From Neoechinorhynchus agilis (taxonomy: Eukaryota; Animalia; Acanthocephala): a stretch of 64,000 nt of DNA. This document shows, piece after piece, positions 1-12,570 of this stretch. The notes under the pieces were generated by a model that was not told where the DNA came from, did not search any database, and saw only the letters and a list, made by a program, of their open reading frames with translations. A program made the translations under genes and the position numbers. Within the stretch, counting starts at the first letter, position 1. Every line of letters starts with the position of its first letter. Location: the NCBI GenBank assembly GCA_051530055.1, contig CM121341.1, positions 6,922,784 through 6,986,783 on the forward strand, in the 5' to 3' direction.

Positions 1-477
1 AAAAGTGTCGCTTCGTTCACTTCATTGACATTTATCAAAACAGACATACAGCGTTCATGCATCGATCGTTTCCTTCTTCATACACGCAGAAAATCAAACT
101 GTGTTGGTGCCGAAAGTTGAGATTCAAACTAGATCGCTAGCGAGATTCTACCTAGCAATCGTAAGCTCATTATAGCACTCAACGAAAAAAATGGACTCTA
201 AATATTCTACTAACAAACTTCTCCGTGTACAGCAGAGCGATTGCAGCAATCGATAATCTCGTGATTTGTGGATCGTTTTTAATGTGGTTAGAAGCCGCTC
301 AATTGATCGATATGAATGATTCAACAAAGTGCTCCGTTCCACTTGGTATCATTTTCAGTAGCTCGATGCAGTCGAATTGGATCCTTTTGGCCGCCAATGT
401 CGATGTGCTCATCACGTCGCATTAAAGACATAGAATGAAATGATATTTAAATCTCGCCTTCTTTCACTTCGCAACGA

Positions 478-1410
478 AAAGTTATCGCCTCTACAATTTG
501 ACTTCTGACCCAGATTTTCTGCAACCGATTCCCTACTTTGCATTTATGACACGCCCCTACGTAACCTTGACAATAATCCCTCCCACGTCACCCGTCTCAT
601 TCAACTTGATTTATCGAATGCTTTCGACCCCGTGGACCATGCGCTCCTCCTCAGATTTTGGTCTCAACTTGTGGCAGATCCGCTGGCTCGAATCTTATCT
701 TCACAATCGCAAACAATACATTCACTGTTCTCAAGATGCTGTGCTGTCACCACTTCTCTTTAATATTTTTCTAAACAACCACAAACCTCTCTTCTCTCAA
801 TATGCCGACTATATCATCCTCATCACCCATTCACCACCTCGCCTCTCCTTGACCTCTAACAAAATCACACACATAAACGATTTCTGCACCAATCACAAAA
901 TCCGCCTAAATTTCTCCAAATGCTTCGAGATGATCCTCTCAATCTCCTGCAACCCCACATTCCCCCTGGGTCTCGCACATCACACTTTTCTCCTCAAACG
1001 CCTCCGACATTTAGGAATCCCTTCACCCGACCTCTACAAATTTTACTTCTGCTTTATTTTACCTTCCCTCACCTACGGTTACCCCGTATTTTGCAACCTT
1101 TCCAAATCGCTAATCCGCCGTCTTCAAAATTCCTCATAAAAGAACATCTAACATTTTCACAACTTACTTTTCCCATCTCACCGAATGCTTCGCTACTATT
1201 TTCATGAAACAATCAAAACGGCTATCAACCCTTGAACCACAATTTGAACACAACACTCGTAATCCTAATTCGCTTCATCCTCCATCGACCTCGAACCTCC
1301 CTAAACCTACGCTCCTTTTTCCATGCTGTCCAATCTTCTCTCGGATATCATTACCCGAAATGGTTCTGAAGAAAGACCTACCTTATGAGCGCTCCTGCAA
1401 ACAATAAAGT
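478..1410 (+). mobile_element. Degenerate, internally deleted non-LTR (CR1/L2-like) reverse transcriptase fragment
   Basis: ORF 498..1139 has RT-like motifs LSPLLFNIF, YADY (decayed YADD) and IRLNFSKC; a near-identical copy lies at about 49690-50480. Confidence 0.7.
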
Positions 1411-1700
1411 CCAATTCGAACCAGAACAGACCTTCCAACCCAACCGGATATTCTCAATCGGACGGACACATCCTCACCCGAACGAACCGTCCCCGATTGG
1501 ATAGTTCCTACCCAAATAGACATCCCTCCGACCAGATATTACCACCCGAACGAACCTCCCTCGACTGAATATTCCCATATCAACGGATGAGGACCCAAAG
1601 GTACATGGGTCCTCTTGACCTTTTGTATTTTCAACCACCAACCTTCCTAACCTGATTGGATATTTCCCCGAACGACCGGACCTGTTATAGACTCCAAAAT
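1410..1700. repeat. Degenerate ~40 bp minisatellite tail plus hairpin GAGGACCCA-N8-TGGGTCCTC following the LINE fragment
   Basis: Recurring ggatattc/cccgaacgaacc units; same tail and hairpin in reverse orientation at 28260-28590 and partly at 50510-50585. Confidence 0.6.
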
Positions 1701-2799
1701 CAACTGCCACATTCATTTAAAAAATCAGAATTCTAGTGTTCATGAAGACCCGAAGGTACATGAGTTCTATTCTTTTGGCTTTAAATCGAGATTTTTCGGA
1801 AATCGAAAATCCAATGTGATTAATCCAGTTTCATGAATGAACATAGTTTCGTTTTCTGCAAATTTTATGTTTGTTCGGCGCGTTGGGTCGCCACGCTGAT
1901 TCGCTGCAACAGGAAGCTAATTTTTATGGATTATCCAAACGCCCTGATCCTCCGGATGACAAGGGAGGTGTAGATACGGGCATGGAATGTGATGTGGAAA
2001 AGGTCAATTTAGTTTCTGCTCCTTCTCTTTTTGTGGAGAACCGTATAAATAACGAATAGAAGGAAAGAGTGGTTATAGATTCAAAAATTCAAGTTCTTAA
2101 AAAACGTTTATCGAAGGATGTGATTCCGAGACTCCTAAGATTAAAAGAGAATTTTGGTATTCGTATAAAAAGAGAGGATATGATAAATAAAGCTCGTTCT
2201 CTAGCAATCCTAAGCTCATTATAGCACTCAAGGAGAAAAAACAATTGAATTGTATGTGCTTGAGACTTAAAATTGTCTAAGGCTCTTAAACGATAGGAGG
2301 AAATGTTGCAGAAATGCTTACATTTTCATCGTGTTCATGACATTGAAAAAACAACAAGATCTCAAAATGTTACGTTTAATCAAAAGGATAAAAACAGTCG
2401 TGATCTGTGCTGTTTTTCATTTCTGTTATACGTTTATCCGCGTACCATTCAATAACGCTTCCAAGGACTCCCAGAATATCGTCTTTTCCCAATGAAGATT
2501 TATTGGATGCTAATATAGCCGTCGCTGCTTCACTATGGCCATATTTGGCAGCAGCATCCATTTGCGCCTGTAGAATATCAGCTGCAGCGATCCCTACATT
2601 TCCATTGAAGAGCTCACAGTCTAACTGAACTGCGGGACATTTGTTGGATAAATCAGTTGAATCGGATGATAAATCACCGGTGCCACTCATATCTGCAATC
2701 GGTTTTTTGTCTTTTAGACAAATAATCACTTCGATGGATCGATAGTGACAAAATAAGGGCAGGACTCTCCAAGGAATACTTCGACCGAAGAATGAGGAT

Positions 2800-3070
2800 G
2801 TTCCTTAGATTCAATGTTCGAATTGCACTCTACCTCATATGTGGGACAAACGAACAATCTAAAAAGAAGGATTGCTGAGATCAAAAGGTCTGATGTGAGC
2901 TCGGCAATATGGCAGTGGGCATGAAATCAATTTTGATGGCGTCGAGGCGACAGAGTGACCATGGAAATCATCTTGATCCAGCAAACAGATACTTTTTTGT
3001 TCGATCAGCAAAACTCAATCTGCGAGTCCCACCGGATAAACTATTTGACAGTGCTTCTTTTAAATTGTAC
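2800..3070 (+). mobile_element. Degenerate GIY-YIG endonuclease fragment (Penelope-like element 3' part)
   Basis: Translation SYVGQTNNLKRRIAE resembles the YVGQT..L..R..EH motif; interrupted by stops. Confidence 0.5.
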
Positions 3071-4393
3071 AATGAAGAAGGCCAACGAAAAGGCCGAAAG
3101 GTTTCAATATAAATCTATTTTCTGAATCAAACATCACTAATTGAAACTATAATGAATAATTTCTTTACAATACTTCTCAAACAAGTAATCGTGCATGACA
3201 TTTTAAAAGCGCACTGAGCGGTTTAAACTTTTGGAAATGTGTAATTCTATCGATTGACCGATTATCACTAATTCGAATCCGAGTTTGTTGAAATGGCCGC
3301 GGGGTTTGGCGATGGTCCCTTATAACGACCACCATTTTCAATCGAATTAGTGATATCAAAAACGTTGAGTGGTTTAATTTACGATTTTAAAAAACAACTA
3401 TTATTTGAGACTCTTCATTTCGTCTCTTCAAGAATCACCTTCAAAAGATCGTCAATTTTTTAAACAGTTTCACTCATAACTTCGAGCCCAAACCCATTTT
3501 TTAACGTTCTTCGTGTCCAAAAGAAGAATCATTCACTTGATCGCTACACTCAAATGCCATTAAGCTGAATTTTAATCATGTAAAGAAAATCCTTCGGGAT
3601 CATAGAGTTTGAATTGTGGTGGTGGTGGTGATAATCCACACGAACCCGAGCCACAGAACATAAAAAAATTGAAACTTGATTAGTATGAATTTCTTTGCTA
3701 CTTGAAACTAAGAAGCGATCAGTTTCATTGGGTAATTTAGACGCCTAATCAACAGCAAATCCTTTTAATAGTACTTCAATCGGTATTTCGTTATTATTGA
3801 TCTTGCAAATCAAACCGAAAAACGAAAGAGGTCGACAATTTCCAACATAAATTCCCGAAGAAGGAAATTTTTGTGAATATTTTGAGCGGTTTCAAAACAT
3901 TTTGCATCGAATTTACACCGTATTAAAAGAAACACCGCGACAGCTCATAGAAACGTCGCATCGAATGCCCAAATTTAAGAAACCTTTGCAAAAAAACTGG
4001 TTGTTATTAAAAGATTTGTTTATGACTTTTAATCTTCGCTTAATCCTCGTATTAATAACGTATCGCGAATCCTTTCAAAGTTGAATTAGTTTTAATAATG
4101 TGTGGCATTGAATTTCTCTAAAAAACGAAACCCCTGATTTTGTTTTTTTTCTTGAAATTCAATGAGTTAATTTTTGAATAAGTAATCCGTTTTCAGCGAC
4201 TTTTTAACGGTTTAATTCAAAAAATCCATGAGATAAAATACAATTTTAAACAAACATTTTTTTTCTGAAGCAAGGAATGTGTGACTCATGCAACTGAAAC
4301 CGTTACGCTTCGTAAAAGAAAGATGCGTACGGAAAAAAAGAACTTTTTATTGTTAGCTTAAATGAGCAACCCTGAAAAAGCGGACTGACTTAA

Positions 4394-7300
4394 ATGGAAT
4401 CAACATTTTTCCTAAGTTCATCGAATGAGCACAAAGAAAAGGTCAGACGCTTTGAAATGTATTTCTTATATCGTTTGTTTAAGGCTTAACAATTAAAGGA
4501 ATTTTGGTTAAATTCGATTGTCTTTGGCCCAATCTCCTGCCTTTTTTATCAAGAAAACATTCGGGTTTAACCAAAATTCCTTTAAATTTTCCGCCAGTAA
4601 ACAAACATCAACTTTTCTCATATCAATCGACCCAATGAAACTGTTTGATTAAAGGCAGTTATCAAAAGAGAAACACCGAATTTGAACGTACAGTCTCAAA
4701 GTCAAGATCTAATACAAAACGAAATAAAATTGGACAATATGATGCTAAATGTTTGCTTCCGTATCGACGGTCTTAAAATGGATATTCTAGGAGACATGGA
4801 AATCACGAATTTCCGAATACGATGTCGGCAACTGACAAAAAATGCTAAAGTCGAAGAGGCGGTTAAAGCATTTGAGACATTTTACGGCAAGCACCAATAC
4901 ATTTCCTTCTTTGATATTCCATTCAAAAGTATTTATAGGATATTCAGATCGAATTCAGGCAAGTATTGATGAAGAACTTTGAGTACAAATTGATTGTTTT
5001 TTATAGATCCAACGAATGAAAACGCTGATGACAGAATGGCAATCTTTACAAAGGTCAAATAGGCATCTTTTTTTGATTTATTTAAATTGTTTCGTTAAGA
5101 CATTTCGCTTTGTTCTGATTTATCGCCTAAAAAATGATCGTGATTCGTGTAAACAATTTTCAAATGTAAGAACACGATTTCATTTTCCTCACGGACCGGT
5201 TTATCGAAGTGTTCCGATGTAATTGTGAGAACCGTAAAGAATATAGGAGGATGCGACTGTATCCGGGATTATGATTACGTCAAAAACGGGGAACGAAAAT
5301 CATTTATCAACTTGAGAAGGTATACTAATCCCCTTGACTGGGATGTGGAGTTAAAGAATTGCAATGCTCATGATTATTGGGCTGTGGATTTACGTGCCTC
5401 AGCGCCTATGAGCATCGAAATGAAACGGTAAGAACCTTTTTTTTACAAAATTACATTTTGCCTATAAAAACAACGAATCCCGTTTTTTACATAGTGCTCG
5501 AAACCTGAATAGACCGAAAATCAGTCCATCTTCAAATTCTATCAATGAAACAAACGAAATTTTTTAAATGATTTTCCTTTCTGAAAGTCGAAGAAACCCA
5601 TTTTTTTCACAATCGCTTATTTGAACTATCTGAAAAGTTTATCGACACGGTTCCTCAACTCATGAATCCTGAATGTGATTAAATTCTTGGAGAAGTCTGA
5701 AGTTGAAATCCATGAAACATGATGATTCCGAATCTGATACAAACGAGAAATATCTCAATGTTTTCTATCCGACAAAGGATTATGACCACCAGCACCACAT
5801 CTTAAACTCTATCATCCCAAAAGATTTTCTCTCTCGGTGATTAATAAAATATTTTCCATCCGACAAAAGATTATGACCACCAGCACCACATCCTAAATTC
5901 TATCATCCCAAAAGATTTTCTCTTTCTCTCGATGATTAATAAAATATTTTCCATAAGGCAAAGGATTATGACCACCAGCACAACACTTTAAACTCTATCA
6001 TCCCAAAAGATTTTCTCTTGGGGACAGCATTCGCCAACGTACAATAAAATATTTTCAACCAGGCAAAGGATTATGACCACCAGCACCACATTTTAAACTC
6101 TATAATCCCAAAAGATTCTCTCTCGATGATTAAGATTTTATTCGAGATGCGATGACTATAAAATCCTCATTTGGATAAAATGTATTTTGATCCTTTAGAA
6201 TATTTTTCATCCTGGCAAAGGATTATGATTACCAGCACAGCACTTTAAACTCTAACATCCCAAAAGATTTTCTCTCTCTTTCTCGATGATTAATAAAATA
6301 TTTTCTAACCGGCAAAGGATTATGATCACACCGCCACATTTTAAACTCTATAATCCCAAAAAAGATTTTATCTAAAAACGGTATCAAATTCCTAAAAACG
6401 TCTTCTTCAAGAAATTAATTGTCGATTCCATCGCAAATCTTAGAAAAAACACAAACCAAACCCGTCACGGCTCTTCATTTAAGGAACTATTCTAATGATC
6501 AGATTAGTAGACTGGATACGCCACAATTGCGATCACAAAGGTATCGAGCGTCGAAAAGTGGATTAAAAATACGGGACTCGATAAGGTATGATTTAATCAT
6601 TATCAGAAACCAACATTTTTCCTTTGAGACCACAATCAGAGCGAAGAGCATCCTATCAATTCCCAAGGTGAGCCGAATCGCTAATAATCCGTCTGTATTT
6701 ATCGAGGCCTCCTCATAAATGATTTCTCCACAAAAGGCTACGTGGATCAAAACAATTTATAGGGAACATACAGAAAAGTAATAAATTCGATCTTAGCGAC
6801 AAATTCGCTTTTAGAGCTTTCGGGGGTCGTAGGCGTTAAACCCGGATTAATCTCTAAAGACTTTAAGCGACTTAATTGCATTTAGAGCCTTCGGGGGCCG
6901 TAGGCGTTAAACCCGGATTAATCTCTAAAGACTTTAAGCGACTTATTTGCTTTTAGAGCTTTCGCGGGTCGTAGGCGTTAAACCCGGATTAATCTCTAAA
7001 GATTTTAAGCGACTTATTTGCTTTTAGAGCCTTTGGCGGTCATAGACGTTAAACCCGGATTTACGACTTATTCGCTTTTAGAGCTTTGGGGGGTCGTAGG
7101 CGTTAAACCCGGATTAATCTCTAAAGACTTTAAGCGACTTATTTGCTTTCAGAGCCTTCGGGGATCGTAGGCGTTAAACCCGGATTAATCTCTAAAGACT
7201 TTAAGCGACTTATTTGCTTTTAGAGCTTTCGCGGGTCGTAGGCGTTAAACCCGGATTAATCTCTAAAGACTTTAAGCGACTTATTTGCTTTTAGAGCTTT

Positions 7301-10300
7301 CGGGGGCCGTAGGCGTTAAACCCGGATTAATCTCTAAAGACTTTAAGCGACTTATTTGCTTTTAGAGCTTTCGGGAGTCGTAGGCGTTAAACCCGGATTA
7401 ATCTCTAAAGACTTTAAGCGACTTATTCGCTTTTAGAGCCTTTGGCGGTCATAGGCGTTAAACCCGGATTAATCTCTAAAGACTTTAAGCGACTTATTCG
7501 CTTTTAGGGCTTTCGGGGGTCGTAGGCGTTAAACCCGGATTAAGCTCTAAAGACTTTATGCGACTTATTCGCTTTTAGAGCCTTTGGCGGTCATAGGCGT
7601 TAAAATCGGATTAATCTCTAAAGACTTTAAGCGAATTATTTGCTTTTAGAGCTTTCGGGAGTCGTAGGCGTTAAACCTGGATTAACCTCTAAAGACTTTA
7701 AGCGACTTATTCGCTTTTAGAGCTTTCGCGGGTAGTAGGCGTTAAACCCGGATTAATCTCTAAAGACTTTAAGCGACTTATTTGCTTTTAGAACTTTTGG
7801 GAGTCGTAGGCGTTAAACCCGGATTAACCTCTAAAGACTTTAAACGACTTATTTGCTTTTAGAGCTTTGGGGGGTCGTAGGCGTTAAACCCGGATTAATC
7901 TCTAAAGACTTTAAGCGACTTAATTGCATTTAGAGCCTTCGGGGATCGTAGGCGCTAAATCCGGATTAATCTCTAAATCTTTAAAGATTGAACCTGGCGA
8001 AGAAATAAAAATGATTTCGGTTGTAAAATCCGATATTTCAAATGCCTAAAAACTTGCAAACAACCTCGATCAAAAGGCGTACAAGATTATGCCTCCGAAA
8101 ACAATCAGACTTTAAAACCGAAATCATTTTAATTTCTTCGCCATATAAAACAACCGATTTGGAAAATCAATAATCACTTGATATTGCAACATCTGAAAGA
8201 ATATAAATGGATATTTGTGGAGCATTTGGGTGTATTTTTTCTAATGGATAATTCGAGTGTCCGTAAGAAACTCTTTATATCTCTTTTTTGGGCCTTATCT
8301 TTAAAAATCCATAGGAGAATAATGGGTAAAACAATATTTCTCCAAGGAAAATCCATTGATTTGTTGAGAAAAAGCCCGGTAATTCGACGGTACGCCTTAA
8401 GGTTAAACTTTATGGGTTTATTTGGGATTTTAAGAACTCAAATTTTTCAATCAAATTACGTTTATTCTTCAATTTCCCTTTAAACCCAACATCATTTGGC
8501 GGCACAGCTTTTATATCTCAAGACCATTTTGCCACTAAAGATCCGCAAATCATTAGTTTTAGAATCGAAGAGGAACTAAAAGGCAAAACTCGAATTTAAA
8601 AGTCCTTTAAAGATCCATAGGAGAATAATGGGTAAATCAATATTTCTCCAAAGAAAATCCATTGATTTGTTGAGAAAAAGCCCGGTAATTCGACGGTACG
8701 CCTTAAGGTTAAACTTTATGGGTTTATTTGGGATTTTAAGAACTCAAATTTTTCAATCAAATTACGTTTATTCTTCAATTTCCCTTTAAACCCAACATCA
8801 TTTGGCGGCACAGCTTTTATATCTCAAGACCATTTTGCCACTAAAGATCCGCAAATCATTAGTTTTAGAATCGAAGAGGAACTAAAAGGCAAAACTCGAA
8901 TTTAAAAGTCCTTTAAAGATCCATAGGAGAATAATGGGTAAATCAATATTTCTCCAAAGAAAATCCATTGATTTGTTGAGAAAAAGCCCGGTAATTCGAC
9001 GGTACGCCTTAAGGTTAAACTTTATGGGTTTATTTGGGATTTTAAGAACTCAAATTTTTCAATCAAATTACGTTTATTCTTCAATTTCCCTTTAAACCCA
9101 ACATCATTTGGCGGCACAGCTTTTATATCTCAAGACCATTTTGCCACTAAAGATCCGCAAATCATTAGTTTTAGAATCGAAGAGGAACTAAAAGGCAAAA
9201 CTCGAATTTAAAAGTCCTTTAAAGATCCATAGGAGAATAATGGGTAAATCAATATTTCTCCAAAGAAAATCCATTGATTTGTTGAGAAAAAGCCCGGTAA
9301 TTCGACGGTACGCCTTAAGGTTAAACTTTATGGGTTTATTTGGGATTTTAAGAACTCAAATTTTTCAATCAAATTACGTTTATTCTTCAATTTCCCTTTA
9401 AACCCAACATCATTTGGCGGCACAGCTTTTATATCTCAAGACCATTTTGCCACTAAAGATCCGCAAATCATTAGTTTTAGAATCGAAGAGGAACTAAAAG
9501 GCAAAACTCGAATTTAAAAGTCCTTTAAAGATCCATAGGAGAATAATGGGTAAATCAATATTTCTCCAAAGAAAATCCATTGATTTGTTGAGAAAAAGCC
9601 CGGTAATTCGACGGTACGCCTTAAGGTTAAACTTTATGGGTTTATTTGGGATTTTAAGAACTCAAATTTTTCAATCAAATTACGTTTATTCTTCAATTTC
9701 CCTTTAAACCCAACATCATTTGGCGGCACAGCTTTTATATCTCAAGACCATTTTGCCACTAAAGATCCGCAAATCATTAGTTTTAGAATCGAAGAGGAAC
9801 TAAAAGGCAACACTCGAATTTAAAAGTCCTTTAAAGATCCATAGGAGAATAATGGGTAAATCAATATTTCTCCAAAGAAAATCCATTGATTTGTTGAGAA
9901 AAAGCCCGGTAATTCGACGGTACGCCTTAAGGTTAAACTTTATGGGTTTATTTGGGATTTTAAGAACTCAAATTTTTCAATCAAATTACGTTTATTCTTC
10001 AATTTCCCTTTAAACCCAACATCATTTGGCGGCACAGCTTTTATATCTCAAGACCATTTTGCCACTAAAGATCCGCAAATCATTAGTTTTAGAATCGAAG
10101 AGGAACTAAAAGGCAAAACTCGAATTTAAAAGTCCTTTAAAGATCCATAGGAGAATAATGGGTAAATCAATATTTCTCCAAAGAAAATCCATTGATTTGT
10201 TGAGAAAAAGCCCGGTAATTCGACGGTACGCCTTAAGGTTAAACTTTATGGTTTTATTTGGGATTTTAAGAACTCAAATTTTTCAATCAAATTACGTTTA

Positions 10301-12319
10301 TTCTTCAATTTCCCTTTAAACCCAACATCATTTGGCGGCACAGCTTTTATATCTCAAGACCATTTTGCCACTAAAGATCCGCAAATCATTAGTTTTAGAA
10401 TCGAAGAGGAACTAAAAGGCAACACTCGAATTTAAAAGTCCTTTAAAGATCCATAGGAGAATAATGGGTAAATCAATATTTCTCCAAAGAAAATCCATTG
10501 ATTTGTTGAGAAAAAAGCCCGGTAATTCGACGGTACGCCTTAAGGTTAAACTTTATGGTTTTATTTGGGATTTTAAGAACTCAAATTTTTCAATCAAATT
10601 ACGTTTATTCTTCAATTTCCCTTTAAACCCAACATCATTTGGCGGCACCTCTTTTATATCCAAAGACCATTTTGCTCCTAAAGGATCCGCAAATCATTAG
10701 TTTTAGAATCGAAGAGGAACTAAAAGGCAAAACTCGTTCTTTTGTATACTCAAAACAAGTTCCAAAAACTCACTGGCTTCACCTCGCGGAAATGACCGAC
10801 GAACGGAAACCGCCGGTGAGTCCATTTATTTTCTTATCCGAATACTAAGTTACAAATAGACGTGGCATTTCTCGCACCCAGATTCAAGGGCGAGTCTAGT
10901 GACACTGCCAAGACCGTCCAACTACGTTGTAGTCGATGATGAATCCAGAGATGATATGGATCCGGATATCGTCAGTATTGCGACTATTGACGAGGATGCC
11001 GATTCCTCGAAAGGATTGAAAGGAATGCATATTAAGTTAAAGAAGCGTCTTCGGGGAAATATCGAAAGCGCTAGGCGCACAAAAGATCGCCTCGTTTCGA
11101 CTGGATCGACTTCTGACTCGCGTTTCCAGCTTACGATCGATTCAATAATCACTCGGAATTCACCGATGGATTCATATGCAGCTGTCTATAAGAAGTAAGT
11201 GGCTAGTTTTTAAAAAAAAGCGGATATACCTCCAACACATTTTCAATTCACCATCATTTCATTGTGGTTAGTTTAGGTTTCTGGCGGATGCAGCAGTTCC
11301 AAACGAAAGTTCAATGGTTATGGCGGATTTTTCGAATGAACAGTCAGTATTTGTGAATCTGTCTACATTTCCGTGCAGTTGCAAAAAACTACAAACGTCC
11401 TACCAGCGATTGTTAGACATTTGTACCAAAAACGACGACTTGGAGGCTAATAGTTCATACCAGCAGCAATGGTTGGGACGTCTAGCTAAATCTAAGTGGC
11501 TTCACTACGTTAGTGCACTGCTTGAGATATCTCGTCGATGTGCTGATCGAATGACACTCAATTTCTGCAATGTATATCTTCTTGGAAGTGAAAATGACTT
11601 CTCTTGTGCAGTGGCTTCACTTGTTCAATTGATCCTACGACCGCAGACGCGATCGCTTGATGGAATCTGTTCACTCATTTGTAAAGAGTGGCGCTCGCAT
11701 CCTTTCATTGACCGATTAGTGTCATTTGTGGACGAAAAGCGTAGCTGTTGTCCAGTGTTCCTTTTATTTCTGGACTGTGTTCATCAATTAAAGTTTCAAA
11801 AGATCTTTCATGACCTTTAAAAAAAGATCGTTTGGCATAATGTATCAAAATCCCGAATCATTTGAGGCATCTGAGATGTTTCTGAGACAATCCTGGAGTG
11901 CGTGTGTATCCGGATACCCCGTAATAAACGCCAACGATCATGAAGATAGCCAAGACGAACCCATGTGGGCTATTTTCGATTTTGACAAATACCTCACACC
12001 CATCACTTGTGCTTCTCTCCGGAATCCTCTTTATCCTTCCACTAACACCGAGACTCATTCAGCACTTCAAGTAGACAGTCGACTGTACAGCATGAGATTG
12101 TGGACTGAGTGCTTTTGTCGTCGTCAGTTCTTAGTAGACGACGAAATGGTCTGTTCGGACGAAGAACTGAAGAGTCTTTGCGTTCAACTTGAGTTAGCAA
12201 AGGAATGTAAACGAAAATTGGAACAGCAACAAGTTCCATTTACTCGCGAGTCTAAGCGAAAAGGTAACAATAATGATACAGAACCTGTGTGCATGTTGGT
12301 TGGAATCACTGAATTATAA
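4394..12319 (+). CDS. MTMR12: Myotubularin-related pseudophosphatase, MTMR10/11/12 type (spliced)
   Basis: Exons ~4394-4441, 4655-4958 (GC donor), 5007-5053, 5100-5165, 5210-5427, 10707-10816, ~10860-11194, ~11279-11789, ~11839-12319. PH-GRAM GDMEITNFRI/DIPFKSI; DWDVELK; SCAVASLVQL without the CX5R catalytic motif; PVFLLFLDCVHQL. Paralogue assignment among MTMR10/11/12 is uncertain. Confidence 0.82.
4493..4585. mobile_element. MITE-like foldback with perfect 20 bp inverted repeats, both ends TTAA
   Basis: TTAAAGGAATTTTGGTTAAA (4493-4512) is the exact reverse complement of TTTAACCAAAATTCCTTTAA (4566-4585); lies in MTMR intron 1. Confidence 0.7.
5740..6350. repeat. Degenerate tandem repeat, ~5 copies of aaggattatgaccaccagcaccaca...aaactctatcatcccaaaagatttt
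   Basis: Motif recurs at irregular 105-170 bp spacing inside the long MTMR intron. Confidence 0.85.
6803..7980. repeat. 71 bp satellite, ~16 copies, with internal inverted repeat
   Basis: Unit cttttagagc...taatctctaaagactttaagcgacttatttg; TTTAGAG/CTCTAAA inverted pair in each unit. Confidence 0.95.
7995..8143. mobile_element. MITE-like element with 28 bp terminal inverted repeats
   Basis: TGGCGAAGAAATAAAAATGATTTCGGTT versus AACCGAAATCATTTTAATTTCTTCGCCA, one mismatch; no clear target-site duplication. Confidence 0.65.
8310..10736. repeat. 306 bp tandem array, 8 copies
   Basis: The actcg anchor ends at 8592, 8898, 9204, 9510, 9816, 10122, 10428 and 10736. Confidence 0.97.
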
Positions 12320-12570
12320 AGAACTTCGATCATTGGCCACGTAGGTGTCTGAATATTTGAGATCGTGGTTTATATCCTGGACAACCGGACATCACAAAAA
12401 AATATATACTAGCATTATAGTCTATACTTTTCGACTAAAAGAACACCAAGTTAGCACGACGGGATTTTGATAACTTTATATTGAGAAAAACTGTTTTTAA
12501 AGTTTTCTTCATGGAAATCTCGAACGCTTAAATATCACTGCGTCGTCAAAAAAAAAGATTGCATGATTTA

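Noticed and set aside
148-2729. Short ORFs at 148-425, 1871-2059 and 2376-2729
   Set aside because: Stop-interrupted and unassignable; probably TE debris
6803-7980. CRISPR-like array
   Set aside because: No unique spacers; eukaryotic context
10640-10740. WRHLFYIQRPFCS in the last 306 bp unit looked like the MTM WR..N..Y.LC motif followed by another AAAG-type intron
   Set aside because: The true homologous segment is encoded upstream (5330-5427), so the resemblance is coincidental
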